57,174 nucleotides of DNA. It comes from a virus (taxonomy: Duplodnaviria > Caudoviricetes). Both the position numbers and the translations under genes were made by a program. The stretch is taken from positions 1 to 57,174 of the IMG/VR virus record IMGVR_UViG_3300049995_000009. The stretch is one strand, 5' to 3'. Of this stretch, positions 35,091 to 44,843 are shown one piece after another (within the stretch, counting starts at the first letter, position 1; every line of letters starts with the position of its first letter). Below the pieces are notes generated by a model. The model was not told the DNA's origin. It searched no databases and saw only the letters and a program-made list of their open reading frames with translations.

Positions 35091-36094
35091 GTCAGCATAT
35101 CCAGGGCGCGGACTTGCGCAACAAGAACCGCCTGCCATTGCAAGACGTTGTGCCATTGCCCGCGCCACTGTTAATGTATTTGGAGCCCGTGAATACCTGT
35201 AACATTCGCTGTTCATTCTGCCCTACAGGTGATCGGGACTTGTTGCGAAAGGTCGGCAGGCCGCAAGGCGTGATGAGTTGGTCACTCTTGCGCAAGATCG
35301 TGGCCGACCTAAAAGAGTTCCCACAACGGCTAAAGATGATTGACTTTTTCAAGGATGGCGAACCGCTGACGAACAAGAATTATCCAGAAATGGCAAGTTA
35401 TCTGCGCGCTGCCGATGTCACCGAAAAGATGTGGACAAAGACAAACGGATTGTTGCTCAGTCCTGTCGTCAGTGAACGTTTGGCTGTCGCCGGGTTCGAC
35501 ATGATAGGCATATCGGTGATAGCACCAACCGCAGCAGGATATAAGCGCATCGCAGGCGTGGACATGGATTACGCCAAACTCGTTGACGATGTGGGCTGCC
35601 TATATAACATGCGCGGCTCGTGCAAGATGTACGTCAAGATGATTGACATGCCTGGATTCGCGCAGGCTGACCGCGATAAGTTTCTGGCTGACTTTGGCGA
35701 CAAGTGCGACTACATTGCTATCGAGAACTTGCACGGCTGGTCACGCACGGACTTGAAAGACTTTACACTCGGCACGCATCCTAGCACGTTTGACGGCGTG
35801 CCTAACAAGAGCAAGATTGTGTGTCCCTGGACGCTGTACCAGTTGACGGTGAACTGGAATGGCGCGGTACAGTTGTGCAATGAGGATTGGTCGTGGCAAA
35901 ACATTGTGGGCAATGTCAACAAATCGTCTCTGCTGGACATTTGGAATAGCGATGCGGTGTACGCCTTTCGCCGGATGCACTTGGAGGGACGGCGAATGGA
36001 CAATGCGGCTTGCGGTAGTTGCTACCAGACCATGAGCCAACTTGATGACGTGGACGCATATCGGCAAGAGATATTGCAAAGGCTGCGACAATGA
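35087..36094 (+). CDS. Radical SAM/SPASM protein
   Basis: CNIRCSFC, DGEPL, CPW...VQLCNEDW...CGSC. Confidence 0.9.
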   Translation: MSQHIQGADLRNKNRLPLQDVVPLPAPLLMYLEPVNTCNIRCSFCPTGDRDLLRKVGRPQGVMSWSLLRKIVADLKEFPQRLKMIDFFKDGEPLTNKNYPEMASYLRAADVTEKMWTKTNGLLLSPVVSERLAVAGFDMIGISVIAPTAAGYKRIAGVDMDYAKLVDDVGCLYNMRGSCKMYVKMIDMPGFAQADRDKFLADFGDKCDYIAIENLHGWSRTDLKDFTLGTHPSTFDGVPNKSKIVCPWTLYQLTVNWNGAVQLCNEDWSWQNIVGNVNKSSLLDIWNSDAVYAFRRMHLEGRRMDNAACGSCYQTMSQLDDVDAYRQEILQRLRQ

Positions 36095-36312
36095 ATATGC
36101 AACCTGTTTGTGATGAATGTGGAAAACCGGCAATCTATACAATTTCTGGAATGACTGGGAGAGCCCTTATTAATGGCATTGATAACAATATGCAAGGCGC
36201 AGCTTTTTGTAATAAGCACCGGCCACGAAAAGGATGTCATCAGCCCAACAATTGTAAACATGTCAAATTTTATTGGCCCGGAAAGAATGAGTGGAATAAT
36301 GAAACTGTCTGA
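36091..36312 (+). CDS. Small Cys-containing hypothetical protein
   Basis: CDECGKPA...FCNKH. Confidence 0.5.
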   Translation: MNMQPVCDECGKPAIYTISGMTGRALINGIDNNMQGAAFCNKHRPRKGCHQPNNCKHVKFYWPGKNEWNNETV

Positions 36313-37978
36313 TTATATCGCCGATTACATCGCCTCGCTGGGCGTGCGCCATGTATTCACCTTGCCGGGCGGCTTTAGTATGCACCTGAACGACAGCATC
36401 GCACACCATCCCAAACTGACGCCTGTCTACATGTTGCACGAGGCAGGCGCGGCGATTGCGGCCGAGGCATACGCCAAAGCCAGCGGCGGAATCGGCGTCT
36501 GTGTGGTGACGGCGGGGCCGGGCTGCACGAATGCGTTGACGGGCGTTGCATCGGCGTGGTTGGATAGTACGCCTCTGCTGGTTATCAGCGGGGACGCAAG
36601 AATGGCGCATCTGAAAGCGCGGGATGATTTTGGATTGCGTCAAGGTGGGCCGCAAGATATTGACATCATGCAAATGATACGCCCAATCACAAAGCATTCA
36701 TTCAGTGCTGGTCCTCGATTTGTAGATGTAATGATGAACGAGGCCGTCAAGTGGGCAATGGAAGGCCGGCGCGGGCCAATCTGGATAGATATACCGCTGG
36801 ACGTTCAGGCTGCGCAGATTGAGCCGAAGGCAACGAGGCCCGATATTCAATTGAGGCATATGCTTGACGTGACCAGAGTTATCACGCTGCTGAAAGAATC
36901 CAAGCGCCCCATCATCCTGGCTGGCGCGGGCGTCCAGAATTCGCGAGACGAGTTTTTGAGACTGATTGACCTATTGCAAGTCCCGGTGTTGACGACATGG
37001 GCGGCGATGGACTTGATTGACTATGATCATCCGTTGTTCATCGGACGCCCTGGCGTAGTGGCGGCACGCGGCGCAAACTTTGCGCTGCAAAATGCCGACC
37101 TGATTCTAGCGATTGGCGCTCGCCTTGACCCGCAGACCATCGGATTCGAGCGCGACCAATTTGCGCCTAATGCAAAGAAAATCATGGTAGACATTGATCA
37201 AGCAGAACTCGACAAACTAGGCGATATGTATATTGACTTGCCCATTTGTGCGGACGCGGGCGATTTCATTCGGGCGATGCTGGCGACTTGTTACGAATGT
37301 CTGCGCCCTGAGTGGCTCGCCTATTGTCAGGACTGGAAAGAACGCTACCCGTTTACGGGCAACGCCGAGACTTATCACATGATTGATATGATTTGTGAAT
37401 TATCAACGCCTGACGATGTATTTGTCGTGTCGCCATCTTGTATGGCAGGCGCTATTTTCATGGCTGGCTTTCACCAGAAGGCGGGACAGCGCATCATATC
37501 ATCGCACGGATTGGGAGCGATGGGATGGGCAACACCGGCGGCGATTGGCGCGGCGCTGGCAACGGGCAGGCGCGTGACGGTGATTGACGGCGATGGCTCA
37601 TTTGCGCAGAATGTGCAAGAACTGGAAGTAATGCGCCGTCTCAATCTGCCCATTCGATTCTTTGTGTTCAATAATGACGGATATGCCAGTATCCGCAATT
37701 CGCAAAACAAGGCATTTGGGCGGTTGTCAGGCGCGGACGAATCGAGCGGGTTATCGCTACCCAATATAGAAGACATTAGTCGAGCATACCATATTGACTA
37801 TGGATTACTGACCCCGCCATCCATTTTTGAGTTTTTCGTACCGCGCAATGAGATGCTTGCGCCGCGTGTTCAATCTGAGATGCTACCCGACGGGACGTGG
37901 CACGGTGGACGACTTGACGATATGTGGCCGTATCTGACACGTGATGAGTATGCAGAGAATATGCAATGCCTGACGTAA
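36299..37978 (+). CDS. Thiamine pyrophosphate-dependent enzyme (acetolactate synthase/YerE-like)
   Basis: HEAGA, TAGPG.TN, LGAMG and the GDGS...NN TPP motif. Confidence 0.92.
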   Translation: MKLSDYIADYIASLGVRHVFTLPGGFSMHLNDSIAHHPKLTPVYMLHEAGAAIAAEAYAKASGGIGVCVVTAGPGCTNALTGVASAWLDSTPLLVISGDARMAHLKARDDFGLRQGGPQDIDIMQMIRPITKHSFSAGPRFVDVMMNEAVKWAMEGRRGPIWIDIPLDVQAAQIEPKATRPDIQLRHMLDVTRVITLLKESKRPIILAGAGVQNSRDEFLRLIDLLQVPVLTTWAAMDLIDYDHPLFIGRPGVVAARGANFALQNADLILAIGARLDPQTIGFERDQFAPNAKKIMVDIDQAELDKLGDMYIDLPICADAGDFIRAMLATCYECLRPEWLAYCQDWKERYPFTGNAETYHMIDMICELSTPDDVFVVSPSCMAGAIFMAGFHQKAGQRIISSHGLGAMGWATPAAIGAALATGRRVTVIDGDGSFAQNVQELEVMRRLNLPIRFFVFNNDGYASIRNSQNKAFGRLSGADESSGLSLPNIEDISRAYHIDYGLLTPPSIFEFFVPRNEMLAPRVQSEMLPDGTWHGGRLDDMWPYLTRDEYAENMQCLT

Positions 37979-38973
37979 TCACCCTGGCCGAACAGTATAG
38001 CGCCGCGCTCTTGAAACACGATACTGCCGCGCTCAATCGCATCATCAATGCCTATGGCGCAATCTACCAGAGACTTGACGACAAGATAACCGCACTAACA
38101 TTAGAGATAGGCGAGCAAGCGCCCACTGCCGGACAAGTCGCAAGAATGGCGCGATTCACATCGCTGATCGAACAGACAAATAACGAGTTGACAGATTTCC
38201 AGGGCTATCTCAAAACAGAAGTAAATAGTCAAGCACGCGGCGCAATTGGGATGGGCGTCAACGATGCGGCGCGGCTCGTGGGTGCATCGGCAACAGGCGA
38301 TGCCGTGGTGCTGGCAGGATTCAATCGCCTACCGACACGCGCAATTGAGAAATTGTTAGGATTCCTTGACCCAAGCGGGCCACTATATGCCAGAATCAAT
38401 TTGCTTGCGCCAACGACAGCCGACCTTGTACGCCAAAAGATTCTTGAGGGCGTGGGCCTGGGGTTCAACCCGAAAAAGATTGCAGCGCAGATACAAAATG
38501 CCTTTGGGCAAGGGTTGACCGATGCGCTGCGCATGACGCGAACGGTACAACTCTATAGTTATCGGGAGGCGAAGCGGGCAACCTATATCGCCAACTCTGA
38601 CGTAGTTTCTGGCTGGTACTGGTTCGCACATCTGAGCGGCAATTGTTGCATGTCTTGTGTCGCTCAGCACGGAACATTCCATAGCAATACTGAACGCCTG
38701 AACGATCACTATAATGGGAAATGTACCGACATTCCCGCCGTTGCTGGATTCGATAACCCGATCACGCAAGACGGTGAAGCGTGGTTTAGCCAACAAGACG
38801 AGGCGCAGCAACGTAGCATGATGGGCGCGCAATATTATCAAGCCTGGAAGGGCGGCGCATTTGGCATTGGCGATTTGAGCAAGGAATCGCCCGATGATGT
38901 CTATGGGCAGATGCGCAGCGTCGCGCCGCTGTATGATTTGTTGGGCGCGGAGCCGCCAGCAGGAATAAAATGA
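37966..38973 (+). CDS. Minor head protein (MuF/SPP1 gp7-like)
   Basis: RMTRT...YR, GWYW, CMSC..HG and HYNGKC. Confidence 0.8.
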   Translation: MPDVITLAEQYSAALLKHDTAALNRIINAYGAIYQRLDDKITALTLEIGEQAPTAGQVARMARFTSLIEQTNNELTDFQGYLKTEVNSQARGAIGMGVNDAARLVGASATGDAVVLAGFNRLPTRAIEKLLGFLDPSGPLYARINLLAPTTADLVRQKILEGVGLGFNPKKIAAQIQNAFGQGLTDALRMTRTVQLYSYREAKRATYIANSDVVSGWYWFAHLSGNCCMSCVAQHGTFHSNTERLNDHYNGKCTDIPAVAGFDNPITQDGEAWFSQQDEAQQRSMMGAQYYQAWKGGAFGIGDLSKESPDDVYGQMRSVAPLYDLLGAEPPAGIK

Positions 38974-39311
38974 GCCGAGTCGAGATGACCGCCGCATTTT
39001 ATCCAGACAAAATGAATGTGCGAGATTTCATCGCAGAAGTTATTGAGGGTTGCGAGCCATTCATCTCTAACATGGAACACTTGAAATGCGAGGATATGTA
39101 TGCAGAGGATTGGTATGTCTTATTTGGGGCATGGTTAGAAATGGAGTTACCAAATGATAACGTTCAAATTGGGGGATGTGTAGAAATCAAGTTACCACCA
39201 AATGTCCCTCTATTTCAATCATGGCTAACAAGAGATAAATACGATTCAATCGGCGGAGATATAGTAAATGCCACTCAGGAAAGGACGCAGCAAGAAAATA
39301 ATCAGCAGTAA
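38970..39311 (+). CDS. Hypothetical protein
   Basis: ATGA-coupled. Confidence 0.5.
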   Translation: MSRVEMTAAFYPDKMNVRDFIAEVIEGCEPFISNMEHLKCEDMYAEDWYVLFGAWLEMELPNDNVQIGGCVEIKLPPNVPLFQSWLTRDKYDSIGGDIVNATQERTQQENNQQ

Positions 39312-39414
39312 CATTGCCGAGTTGATTCGGTCTGGTCGGCCGCGCGCGCAAGCCGCCGCTATTGCATACGACAGGGCGGGCAAGCGCCGTAAGCGAAACA
39401 AACGAAAGAGGTGA
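39268..39414 (+). CDS. Small basic phage protein ([34 protein letters not shown])
   Basis: Manual translation; GGAG RBS; pattern widespread in phage head modules. Confidence 0.7.
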   Translation: MPLRKGRSKKIISSNIAELIRSGRPRAQAAAIAYDRAGKRRKRNKRKR

Positions 39415-39417
39415 TCT

Positions 39418-39735
39418 ATGCCATTTTCTAATACAGCATGGACAAGTCCAGAGGCGGATTTGTCGCCGGAAGATTTTTGCACTGTCTGTCTGATTGACGA
39501 AAATGAATCGGGCAAGCAGAAAGTCAAGGGACTGTGCAAGTTGCCAGTGCGCGCCACCCCGAACGGTCCATACAATGTCAATGCTATTCATGCGGCCACG
39601 GGCGCGCACGGTATTCTGGCAGTGCAAGCCTCGCCTGATGCCAAGCGCAAAGCGGCCAAGAAACTCATTAGTTTATATGGCGAGATGAAAGAGGAAGTAC
39701 CGGAAGGCGTCAAGCGAATTGCGGGGGCGCGATGA
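39418..39735 (+). CDS. Head-module hypothetical protein
   Basis: GAGGTG RBS; CKLPV..P.G..N.NA...A motif. Confidence 0.65.
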   Translation: MPFSNTAWTSPEADLSPEDFCTVCLIDENESGKQKVKGLCKLPVRATPNGPYNVNAIHAATGAHGILAVQASPDAKRKAAKKLISLYGEMKEEVPEGVKRIAGAR

Positions 39736-39854
39736 ATACACCGTTATCATTTTGGGAAGCCATTGGGCTACTCGTTGCACTAAAGTTGCTGCTTTTGGGC
39801 GGCTCTATTCTCGTGTTCTGTGCAATTGACAAACTATATCGGTTGGTACATTGA
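39732..39854 (+). CDS. 40-aa TM peptide
   Basis: Manual translation; coupled on both sides. Confidence 0.45.
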   Translation: MNTPLSFWEAIGLLVALKLLLLGGSILVFCAIDKLYRLVH

Positions 39855-40087
39855 CTGAATCGCACGCGCCCTACACAATCACCGTTACGGCAGCGCCAAT
39901 CAATGATGAACTGGCAACGCTTCCCGGCTGGCTGCGTGCGCTGTGCCTTGCTGCAAAGGACATCCGGGCGCGAAGTCGTCGCGCCATGATAATCGTCAAG
40001 GTCAACGAGGATGATACCTACACGGTTTTCAGGGCCGTGCCGGATAGAGAAATAGACTGTAGACAACAGGCAGAAAAGGTGCTATAA
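39851..40087 (+). CDS. Small protein ending at the capsid-operon promoter (candidate regulator)
   Basis: ORF stop overlaps the TATAAT box. Confidence 0.5.
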   Translation: MTESHAPYTITVTAAPINDELATLPGWLRALCLAAKDIRARSRRAMIIVKVNEDDTYTVFRAVPDREIDCRQQAEKVL

Positions 40088-40088
40088 T
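40058..40088 (+). promoter_or_regulatory. Promoter of the scaffold/capsid operon
   Basis: TGcTATAAT extended -10 at 40080-40088, with TAGACA upstream. Confidence 0.65.
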
Positions 40089-40100
40089 AGTCAAAATTCA

Positions 40101-40248
40101 ATAACTGAATATTGCCCGTAGAGGCGCACTGCAAGGACGTTTCCCGTCCCGGCGATGCGCCTTTTTTGTTCATTCTCGACAACTGAATATTGCCATTCGT
40201 GGCCCGACGCAAAGACGTTCCCGTCTCGGTGTCGGGCCTTTTTTGTTT
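40101..40248 (+). ncRNA. Tandem box-plus-terminator RNA elements (two ~70-nt copies)
   Basis: A(T/C)AACTGAATATTGCC followed by covarying hairpins with U-tracts. Confidence 0.7.
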
Positions 40249-40268
40249 AACCCAATGGAGGCAGAGAA

Positions 40269-40958
40269 ATGTCAAACGAAACACAGACGCCCGCAACCGA
40301 GCCGGTTGCGCCCGTCCAGGTTACAACCGAGCCGGTTGTAAGTGAAACCATTGTAGCCGCTGTGCCAGAGTCAGCCGCGCCGGCTGACGACCTGAAAGCA
40401 CAACTAGCGAGAATGGAAAAAGCTCTGAAAGACGCCAACAAGGAAAGTGCCTCGCGCCGCAAGGAAATTGAGAGATACGAGCAAGCCGAAACGGAGCGCG
40501 TCAAAGCAGCCATGTCCGAGACGGATAGGCTGAAGGCCGAAGTCGAGGAGGCCAAGAAACAGGCCGCCGAAGCGAAGGCCGAACAGACGCGCATCGCAGC
40601 CGAGGCTGCATCGCAGAACCTCAAGACGCAAATCCTGTTGCGCGCAAGTGCAATGGACTTTGCGAATCCGCAGGACGCCTATGCCCTGCTTGACCTGGCA
40701 GAAGTCAACGCCGATGAATCGGAGACGATTGACAAGGCACTCGCCAAGCTAGAAGGCCGGCTTCCCAAGAAAACGCAGGCAAGACAGGCTCCCAGAGTTT
40801 CCCCGACCCAACCGGGCGGGGCCGCTTCTGGCGAGATGACTGACGATCAACTGCGTGCGGAAATCTTCGGGGTCAATATGCGCACTCCGTTTACTACCGA
40901 CGTGCTAAAAGCGAAAGGGGGCGGCGTCTTTTGGAACACCAAAGCAACACCACAATAA
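40269..40958 (+). CDS. Capsid scaffolding protein
   Basis: Coiled coil, ANKESASRRK, MSETDRLK and P.DAYALLD; precedes the capsid gene. Confidence 0.8.
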   Translation: MSNETQTPATEPVAPVQVTTEPVVSETIVAAVPESAAPADDLKAQLARMEKALKDANKESASRRKEIERYEQAETERVKAAMSETDRLKAEVEEAKKQAAEAKAEQTRIAAEAASQNLKTQILLRASAMDFANPQDAYALLDLAEVNADESETIDKALAKLEGRLPKKTQARQAPRVSPTQPGGAASGEMTDDQLRAEIFGVNMRTPFTTDVLKAKGGGVFWNTKATPQ

Positions 40959-40970
40959 CATGAGGTGGTT

Positions 40971-41816
40971 ATGAGTATTCTGAATCTTGAATCCACCATT
41001 TCGGGGTACGTCAACACAATCTTTCAGGGTGCGTTGCTGGTGACGCGCGAAAACAACCTGATGGGCGCATTGGTGACGACCTTTAGCGACCGACAAGGGC
41101 TGGCCGTCCGTGACAATTCGCAGTATGGGGGCGTGACGGTCAACACCATCGGAGAGGACGACGATCTGGTCGGGCAAGCGTTTACGCCTTCCAGCATCGC
41201 AACTCTGACCCCTTCTGAACGGGGCGCTCAGTACGTCCTCACAGATTCGCGCATCGAAACCGACCCGTTTCCTGTGCGCGCTGACGCCGCGCAGGACTTG
41301 GGGATGGGGATGGCGACCAAGATCGAAACGGACTTGTTGGGCGATTTTTCGTCCCTGACTGGCGGCACCATCGGCACGGCGGGCAGCGTAATCACGTGGT
41401 CATACTTCTTCAACATGTTGTCTGTCCTACGTTACAACAAGGCTCCGATGCCATACGCCTTCGTATGTCATCCGTACCAGTGGGGCATCCTGGGCAAGGC
41501 GGTCGGGCCGGGCGCGACGGTGACGAACTCCCCGCGCATCCAAGATGCGATCACGACCAACTTCTATGTTGGCTCAGTCAGCGGTGTTGAAATCTACACG
41601 TCGGCCAATATCACGGCGGGAACGTCGGTGTATTGCGCCATGTTCAATCGGCAGGCGTTCGCGTTGGATGTTCGACGCGCTCCACGCCTGGAAGTCGAGC
41701 GGGATTCTTCACGGCGTGCGTATGAATTGAACTTCACTACTGTATACGCGCACGGTGTTTGGCGTCCCACGTTTGGCGTCCTGGGCTGGTTTGATGCCTC
41801 GACGCCGACGACGTAA
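40971..41816 (+). CDS. Major capsid protein (HK97 fold)
   Basis: Size and position; VCHPYQW, GVEIYTS and RLEVERDSSRRAYEL. Confidence 0.85.
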   Translation: MSILNLESTISGYVNTIFQGALLVTRENNLMGALVTTFSDRQGLAVRDNSQYGGVTVNTIGEDDDLVGQAFTPSSIATLTPSERGAQYVLTDSRIETDPFPVRADAAQDLGMGMATKIETDLLGDFSSLTGGTIGTAGSVITWSYFFNMLSVLRYNKAPMPYAFVCHPYQWGILGKAVGPGATVTNSPRIQDAITTNFYVGSVSGVEIYTSANITAGTSVYCAMFNRQAFALDVRRAPRLEVERDSSRRAYELNFTTVYAHGVWRPTFGVLGWFDASTPTT

Positions 41817-41828
41817 GGGGGTGATGAA

Positions 41829-42278
41829 ATGAGTGGCTATGCAGATGTTGTCAATGTAAATCGCACCCTCTGGGCTTGCAATGGAGGGACTCTCACCAAT
41901 GGTGCCTCCATTAACCTGGGAACAACGGTGTACTTTGCGGCACAAGCGCCTACTGCTGTCAACGGCGGCGGGGTCACTGTTCTCGCCGGCTACGCCTGTT
42001 CGTCTATCGCAATGGCGGCGGGCTCGTCTCCGCTGGTTCGTTTGCTGAAATACTCCAGCGCGGCCACGCCGGTGGTGAATGGCACTATCGCTGTCGCGGT
42101 CGGCGGGTCTGCGAGCGCGTGGACTGCCAATGTTCCAAAGACGTTTACCATCTCAAGCGCGTTCGTTAATGCAGGCGAATACATTGCAGTCGAGTTGGCG
42201 GGCACATGCAGTTACTTCCTGGCCGGAACGACCAATGATCAATTGTATGTCAATCTCCAGTACGTGATGGGCTACTAG
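41829..42278 (+). CDS. Capsid decoration-like protein
   Basis: Ala/Gly/Thr-rich beta protein immediately after the capsid gene. Confidence 0.6.
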   Translation: MSGYADVVNVNRTLWACNGGTLTNGASINLGTTVYFAAQAPTAVNGGGVTVLAGYACSSIAMAAGSSPLVRLLKYSSAATPVVNGTIAVAVGGSASAWTANVPKTFTISSAFVNAGEYIAVELAGTCSYFLAGTTNDQLYVNLQYVMGY

Positions 42279-42282
42279 TAAT

Positions 42283-42395
42283 CGCGCGGCCCTGTGCCGC
42301 TTGATGCTCCAGGCTAGGGACGCGCCCGAAAAGCCGATCCCCTCCCGGCCTGCCTGGGGCAGCGGAGGGGACAATACTGACACTTGAGGGGAGTG
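42283..42395 (+). ncRNA. Candidate three-way-junction RNA in the glycosyltransferase leader
   Basis: GCTCCAGGC/GCCTGGGGC closing GGG-ACGCG-CCC and GCCG-ATCCCCTCC-CGGC arms. Confidence 0.5.
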
Positions 42396-42401
42396 TATCA
42401 A

Positions 42402-43572
42402 ATGCGAATAAATATCCTGGCAAATGCGCCCTGGGCGCGGACGGGTTACGGCGTGCAAACAGCGTTGTTTGCACCGCGTATCAAGGCGTTGGGATACGAG
42501 GTGTCCATCACGGCATATTACGGGCTGGAAGGCGCGGTACTGACGTGGAATGATATGCCCGTGTTCCCGAAGGCATACGACCCATACGCCAACGACATCA
42601 TGTCGGCAAATGCGAAGGCGTTTAATTCTGACATCATGCTCACGAACATGGATACCTGGGTGATACAACCCGAGCGGATGATTCATGCAATCCCGTGGGT
42701 GGCATGGATGCCAGTAGATCACGAACCGCTGCCTGATTGCGTCAAGGACAAGATAACAAAGTGCTTCGCACGCATTGTCTATACAAGATTCGCTGAGAAG
42801 ATGCTGAACGATGCGGGCCTTGATTGCTACTTCGTCCCGATGGGGGTGAACACAAAAGTATATAAGCCAATACCGAGAGACGAAACACGTAAGGTTCTTG
42901 GAGCAAACCCAAACACGTTCGTTGTCGGGCTGGTAGCGATGAACAAGGGACAGCCCGCACGCAAGGCCTTTGAGCCGCAATTGCGAGCCTTTGCAGAATT
43001 TCACGAGAAGCACCCAGACACCGGATTATACCTGCACACACAGTCAGGCGCGGAAATGGCAGGGATTGATCTAAAGAAACTTGTGCAACGTCTAGGGATT
43101 GAAAAGTGTGTGCAATTCTGTGACCAATATCAGAACGTTATCGGATTCAACGACGACTACATGGTCGCCGCCTATAACTCAATGGATGTACTGCTGCTGG
43201 TTTCGATGGGCGAGGGGTTCGGGATCCCGCTGATTGAGGCGCAGGCGTGCGGGACGCCCGTTATCGCGGGCGACTGGACATCAACGGGGGAGTTGGTCTT
43301 TAGCGGCTGGAAGATTCCAAAGAAGGGCGGCTGCGTGGTATTCGCCGCTGGAAGCCTATCAATTCCAGCCGCGCATCAAACCCATCGTGGAAATGCTGGA
43401 ACTGGCTTACAAGCACGCACGCGACCCGCAATATGAAACCGACGCGGTGGCAGGCGCTGCGGCCTATGATGCGGACTATATCACAGAGACATACTGGAAA
43501 CCCGTGCTGGCTGACATTGAACGGAAACTTAAGGCGTTGGGGTCTATTAGTTTTACGGAGCCAACCGTATGA
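42402..43572 (+). pseudogene. GT4-family glycosyltransferase split by a +1 frameshift near 43326
   Basis: TGYG.Q and EGFGIPLIEAQACG; the C-terminal WYSPLEAY...YDAD.I...W.P lies in another frame. Confidence 0.75.
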
Positions 43573-44843
43573 TAACACGACCCTGCCCGATTTGTAGCCA
43601 AAAGAACGCAGCCGTATTGCGCCCGTTTCGCTTTGCACTGCCTAACAATTATCCGCTTCCCGATCACTATGACGTTGTCACTTGCAATCGGTGTGGGATG
43701 GTTTATGCAGACACAACAGCAACGCAGGCGGACTATGACAAGTTGTATCAGAACTTTAACAAATATGCCACGCGATATGAGGGACGGTTAGACTATCTCT
43801 GGAATGGCTCGGTAGAGCGGGTTATCAAGTATGCCCACGTCAATCCAGATTCCAGGATTCTTGACATTGGCTGCGCTAACGGTGAAGTTTTAGCCATGAT
43901 AAGGAAACGCGGATTCAAGAACCTGCTAGGGATTGACCCATCGCTACAATGCTCGATCAATGCCCGAAAGAACGACTTGAACGTTGTCAATGGAACTTTG
44001 TCGAATCTACCGAACGGGTTTGGCACGTTTGACTGCGTGATGATGACGCACGTTGTCGAGCATATCTGCAATGTGGCCGGGGCTATCAAGCGCGTCAAGG
44101 CATTACTCAAACCGCAAGGGATGCTCTATATCGAAGTCCCTGATGCGGGCAATCAATATTCAGTCCAGATCAATGGGCCGTTTCAGGAAATCAATACCGA
44201 ACACATTAACTGTTTTTCCGAGCAATGCTTGCGCAATCTGGCAAGCGTTCACAGCATGAAGACCATCAAAGCAGGGACGGCTATCTCTGATACTTTCCCG
44301 GTGGCCTATCTTGTCGCCAGCAACGCGCCGCCCGTTCCGATGCAAGCCGATAGGGAACTGCGTTACCAGATCACGGACTACTTGAATGAATCAGAGCGAG
44401 TTCTGACTGTCTACCTTGACAATCTTGCAAATGATTTGGAAGGCATACCAGAGGTTATGTTATGGGGCGCGGGTGAACTCGTGATGAAACTGCTGTGTCT
44501 GTTCCCGCTGGCCGGGATGAAGATCGCCGCGATTATTGACAGTTACTCGGAAAAGACGGGGCATAACCTGAGCGGGATTCCTGTCATCGGGCCGGATACC
44601 ATCTCAAAGAAGAACACATTGCCCATCGTGATTACGAGCGTGATTCACCGGGAGAGTATCAGGCAGTCTATCGCAAAATACAAATTGACCAATCGTGTCA
44701 TAGAACTGAGAGGGGAAAATGGAAAGCGACAGAATTGGAATCATGGAGAACGACTTGATGATTATTCAGCAGGTTTATTGCAGGTCGGATTTCGCCAACC
44801 TGCTGAAGTTGTCAATGTCGAGGCACATGGACTATGCACTTAA
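43569..44843 (+). CDS. Class I SAM methyltransferase (sugar methyltransferase-like, N-terminal Zn finger)
   Basis: CPIC...CNRCG, LDIGCANG, HVVEH, IEVP and LWGAG. Confidence 0.85.
   Translation: MITRPCPICSQKNAAVLRPFRFALPNNYPLPDHYDVVTCNRCGMVYADTTATQADYDKLYQNFNKYATRYEGRLDYLWNGSVERVIKYAHVNPDSRILDIGCANGEVLAMIRKRGFKNLLGIDPSLQCSINARKNDLNVVNGTLSNLPNGFGTFDCVMMTHVVEHICNVAGAIKRVKALLKPQGMLYIEVPDAGNQYSVQINGPFQEINTEHINCFSEQCLRNLASVHSMKTIKAGTAISDTFPVAYLVASNAPPVPMQADRELRYQITDYLNESERVLTVYLDNLANDLEGIPEVMLWGAGELVMKLLCLFPLAGMKIAAIIDSYSEKTGHNLSGIPVIGPDTISKKNTLPIVITSVIHRESIRQSIAKYKLTNRVIELRGENGKRQNWNHGERLDDYSAGLLQVGFRQPAEVVNVEAHGLCT

Noticed and set aside
42295-42372. Twister ribozyme
   Set aside because: Superficial resemblance only; the conserved GGUxxxAAGC segment is absent.
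44719-44843. 125-bp overlap between the methyltransferase and GT34-like genes as dual coding
   Set aside because: The methyltransferase domain appears complete before 44719; the extension looks like run-on to the next stop.
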